64,000 nucleotides of DNA from assembly GCA_002269645.1 (NCBI GenBank), contig NIVC01001727.1, positions 1-64,000 on the forward strand, in the 5' to 3' direction. Numbering within the stretch: position 1 is the first letter of the stretch; each line of letters starts with the position of its first letter. The notes beneath the pieces are model-generated. The model was not told where the DNA came from and made no database searches. It saw only the letters and a program-made list of their open reading frames with translations. The DNA is from Macrostomum lignano (lineage: Eukaryota). Below are positions 62,430-64,000 of the stretch, piece by piece. The position numbers and the translations under genes are program-made.

Positions 62430-63130
62430 GGAGAGCGAGGAATCCATTTTTCCTTCCCTAAAGATAGCTGGTGCGATGGAGTGGTGGGCGTTAGCTATGT
62501 ACATTGTTTCAGAATGGAGAGCAAGGAATCCAGTTTTCTTTCCCTAAAGATAGCTGGTTAGCTGGTGCGATGGGGTGGCGGGCGTTAGCCGTTAGCTACG
62601 TACATTGGCTCAGAATGGAGAGCGAGGAATCCAGTTTTCCTTCCCCAAAGATAGCTGGTGCGATGGGGCGGTGGTTGTTAGCTATGTACATTGGCTCAGA
62701 ATGGAGAGCGAGGAATCCAGTTTTCCTTCCCCAAAGATAGCTGGTGCGATGGGGTGGTGGGTGTTAGCTATGCACATTGGCTCAAAATGGAGAGCGAGAA
62801 ATCCAGTTTTCCTTCCCTAAAGATAGCTGGTGCGATGGGGTGGATGGTGCTAGCTATGTACATTGGCTCAGAATGGAAAGCGAGGAATCCAGTTTTCTTT
62901 CCCTAAAGATAGCTGGTTAGCTGGTGCGATGGGGTGGCGGGCGTTAGCCGTTAGCTATCTACATTGGCTCAGAATGGAGAGCGAGGAATCCAGTTTTCCT
63001 TCCCTAAAGATAGCTGGTGCGATGGGGTGGCGGGTGTTGGCTATGTACATTGGCTCAGAATGGAGAGCGAGGAATCCAGTTTTCCTTCCCAAGGATAGCT
63101 GGTGGGATGGGGTGGCGGGTGTTGGCTATT
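62430..63130. repeat. About 90-105 bp repeat x7 (GAATGGAGAGCGAGGAATCCAGTTTTCCTTCCCTAAAGATAGCTGGTGCGATGGGGTGG...)
   Basis: Read directly; upstream of the DPYD acceptor at 62128. Confidence 0.9.
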
Positions 63131-64000
63131 TACATCGTCCAAAGTTAGATCCTGGAGTCTGTCAATAGCGCTTTTCTATTCTCTATTCCCTTTCCTTTTC
63201 AAGTTAACGTGTGTTGTGGTCCTTGCGCACACTTTAGGAAATCACACAGGCACGCACCTTTTTACACATACTGGTGGATGAAGTTAGGAATGAAATATGC
63301 AAAAATACATGAAATCCTTGATAATAATAGAAACATCTTCTGGCCAGGGTAAAAATCCTTAATATGCAGGAACACACACTAGCTAGTGACTGGCCTTTTC
63401 ATTGCCGCAATGTCAAAAGGGATTTAAAGTTCTGTATGAGCTGACTATTCCCTTTTCCTCGCTCAATGCAAGGCTTTATCTTCAAAGTACTCAAAAAAGC
63501 TGTGCTTCACGTGTATGCCTCCGTCCCCATTCACGCCCGCACTGCCTCAATTGCCCACGTCAATCGCTAATGAAGCGCCGAGCCTCCTGTGTCAGTGCAA
63601 TGCAACCCAAGCGGCTAACGGTTTGTTGCCAGCCAGGCAACCCAGGCTTAAAGAGTGAGAAAGTACTAAGCTGCTGGGCGCAGAAAAAGAGTACAAGAGA
63701 AAATTAACCAAGTGGAAGAAGCAAAATCACTACATGTTACTTACACATTGTAAAACAGAAATCCATGTTTTCTGTTTCGTCCTAAATAGTTAACCACGGA
63801 TAACTCAATAACAAATCATTTGCTTATTTATAGCTTATGAATTTTACTTCTCAGTACCCGAGATTTGCTCACGCTGCTGCCATGCAAGAAAACCCCATAC
63901 GTTCTCAAATGTTCCTTGGCTTCGTATCGCTAGTTGGATAGGCTTCTGCGGAGTTGCACTCCAGCAAGGCCAGAGACAGATAAAAGAGTTTATCTGCAAA

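Noticed and set aside
63850-64000. Possible DPYD 5' exon or Tc1-like ENVWG motif
   Set aside because: No frame matches the DPYD N-terminus and no DDE context is seen.

Overview
Eukaryotic (animal) genomic DNA: GC-rich exons, GT-AG introns, and introns packed with minisatellites and transposon debris. The style suggests a flatworm such as Macrostomum, but that is inference only. Four host genes could be reconstructed by hand: PSME4/PA200 (minus strand, 9 exons seen, runs off the left edge, at least 6 single-base deletions that look like assembly errors), TMEM86 lysoplasmalogenase (minus, first coding exon not found), RSF1 (plus, 6 coding exons, intact 1591 aa) and DPYD (minus, 4 exons seen, 5' end not found). 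Also present: two tandem tRNA-Glu genes (TTC, CTC), a young 5'-truncated RT+RNase H non-LTR retrotransposon with a 13-bp TSD, a CpG-decayed Ty3/Gypsy remnant, MULE- and hAT-type MITEs with TSDs, a probable Helitron, a CORE-type SINE and about 25 distinct tandem repeats. Best leads: (1) an inverted copy of an RSF1 intron end plus splice acceptor that brackets the PHD-finger exon; (2) a sharp CpG-retaining island between two CpG-erased domains, a candidate shared TMEM86/RSF1 promoter; (3) a different minisatellite in almost every intron, one apparently amplified from a transposon-like end. No CRISPR array or prokaryotic system is supported.
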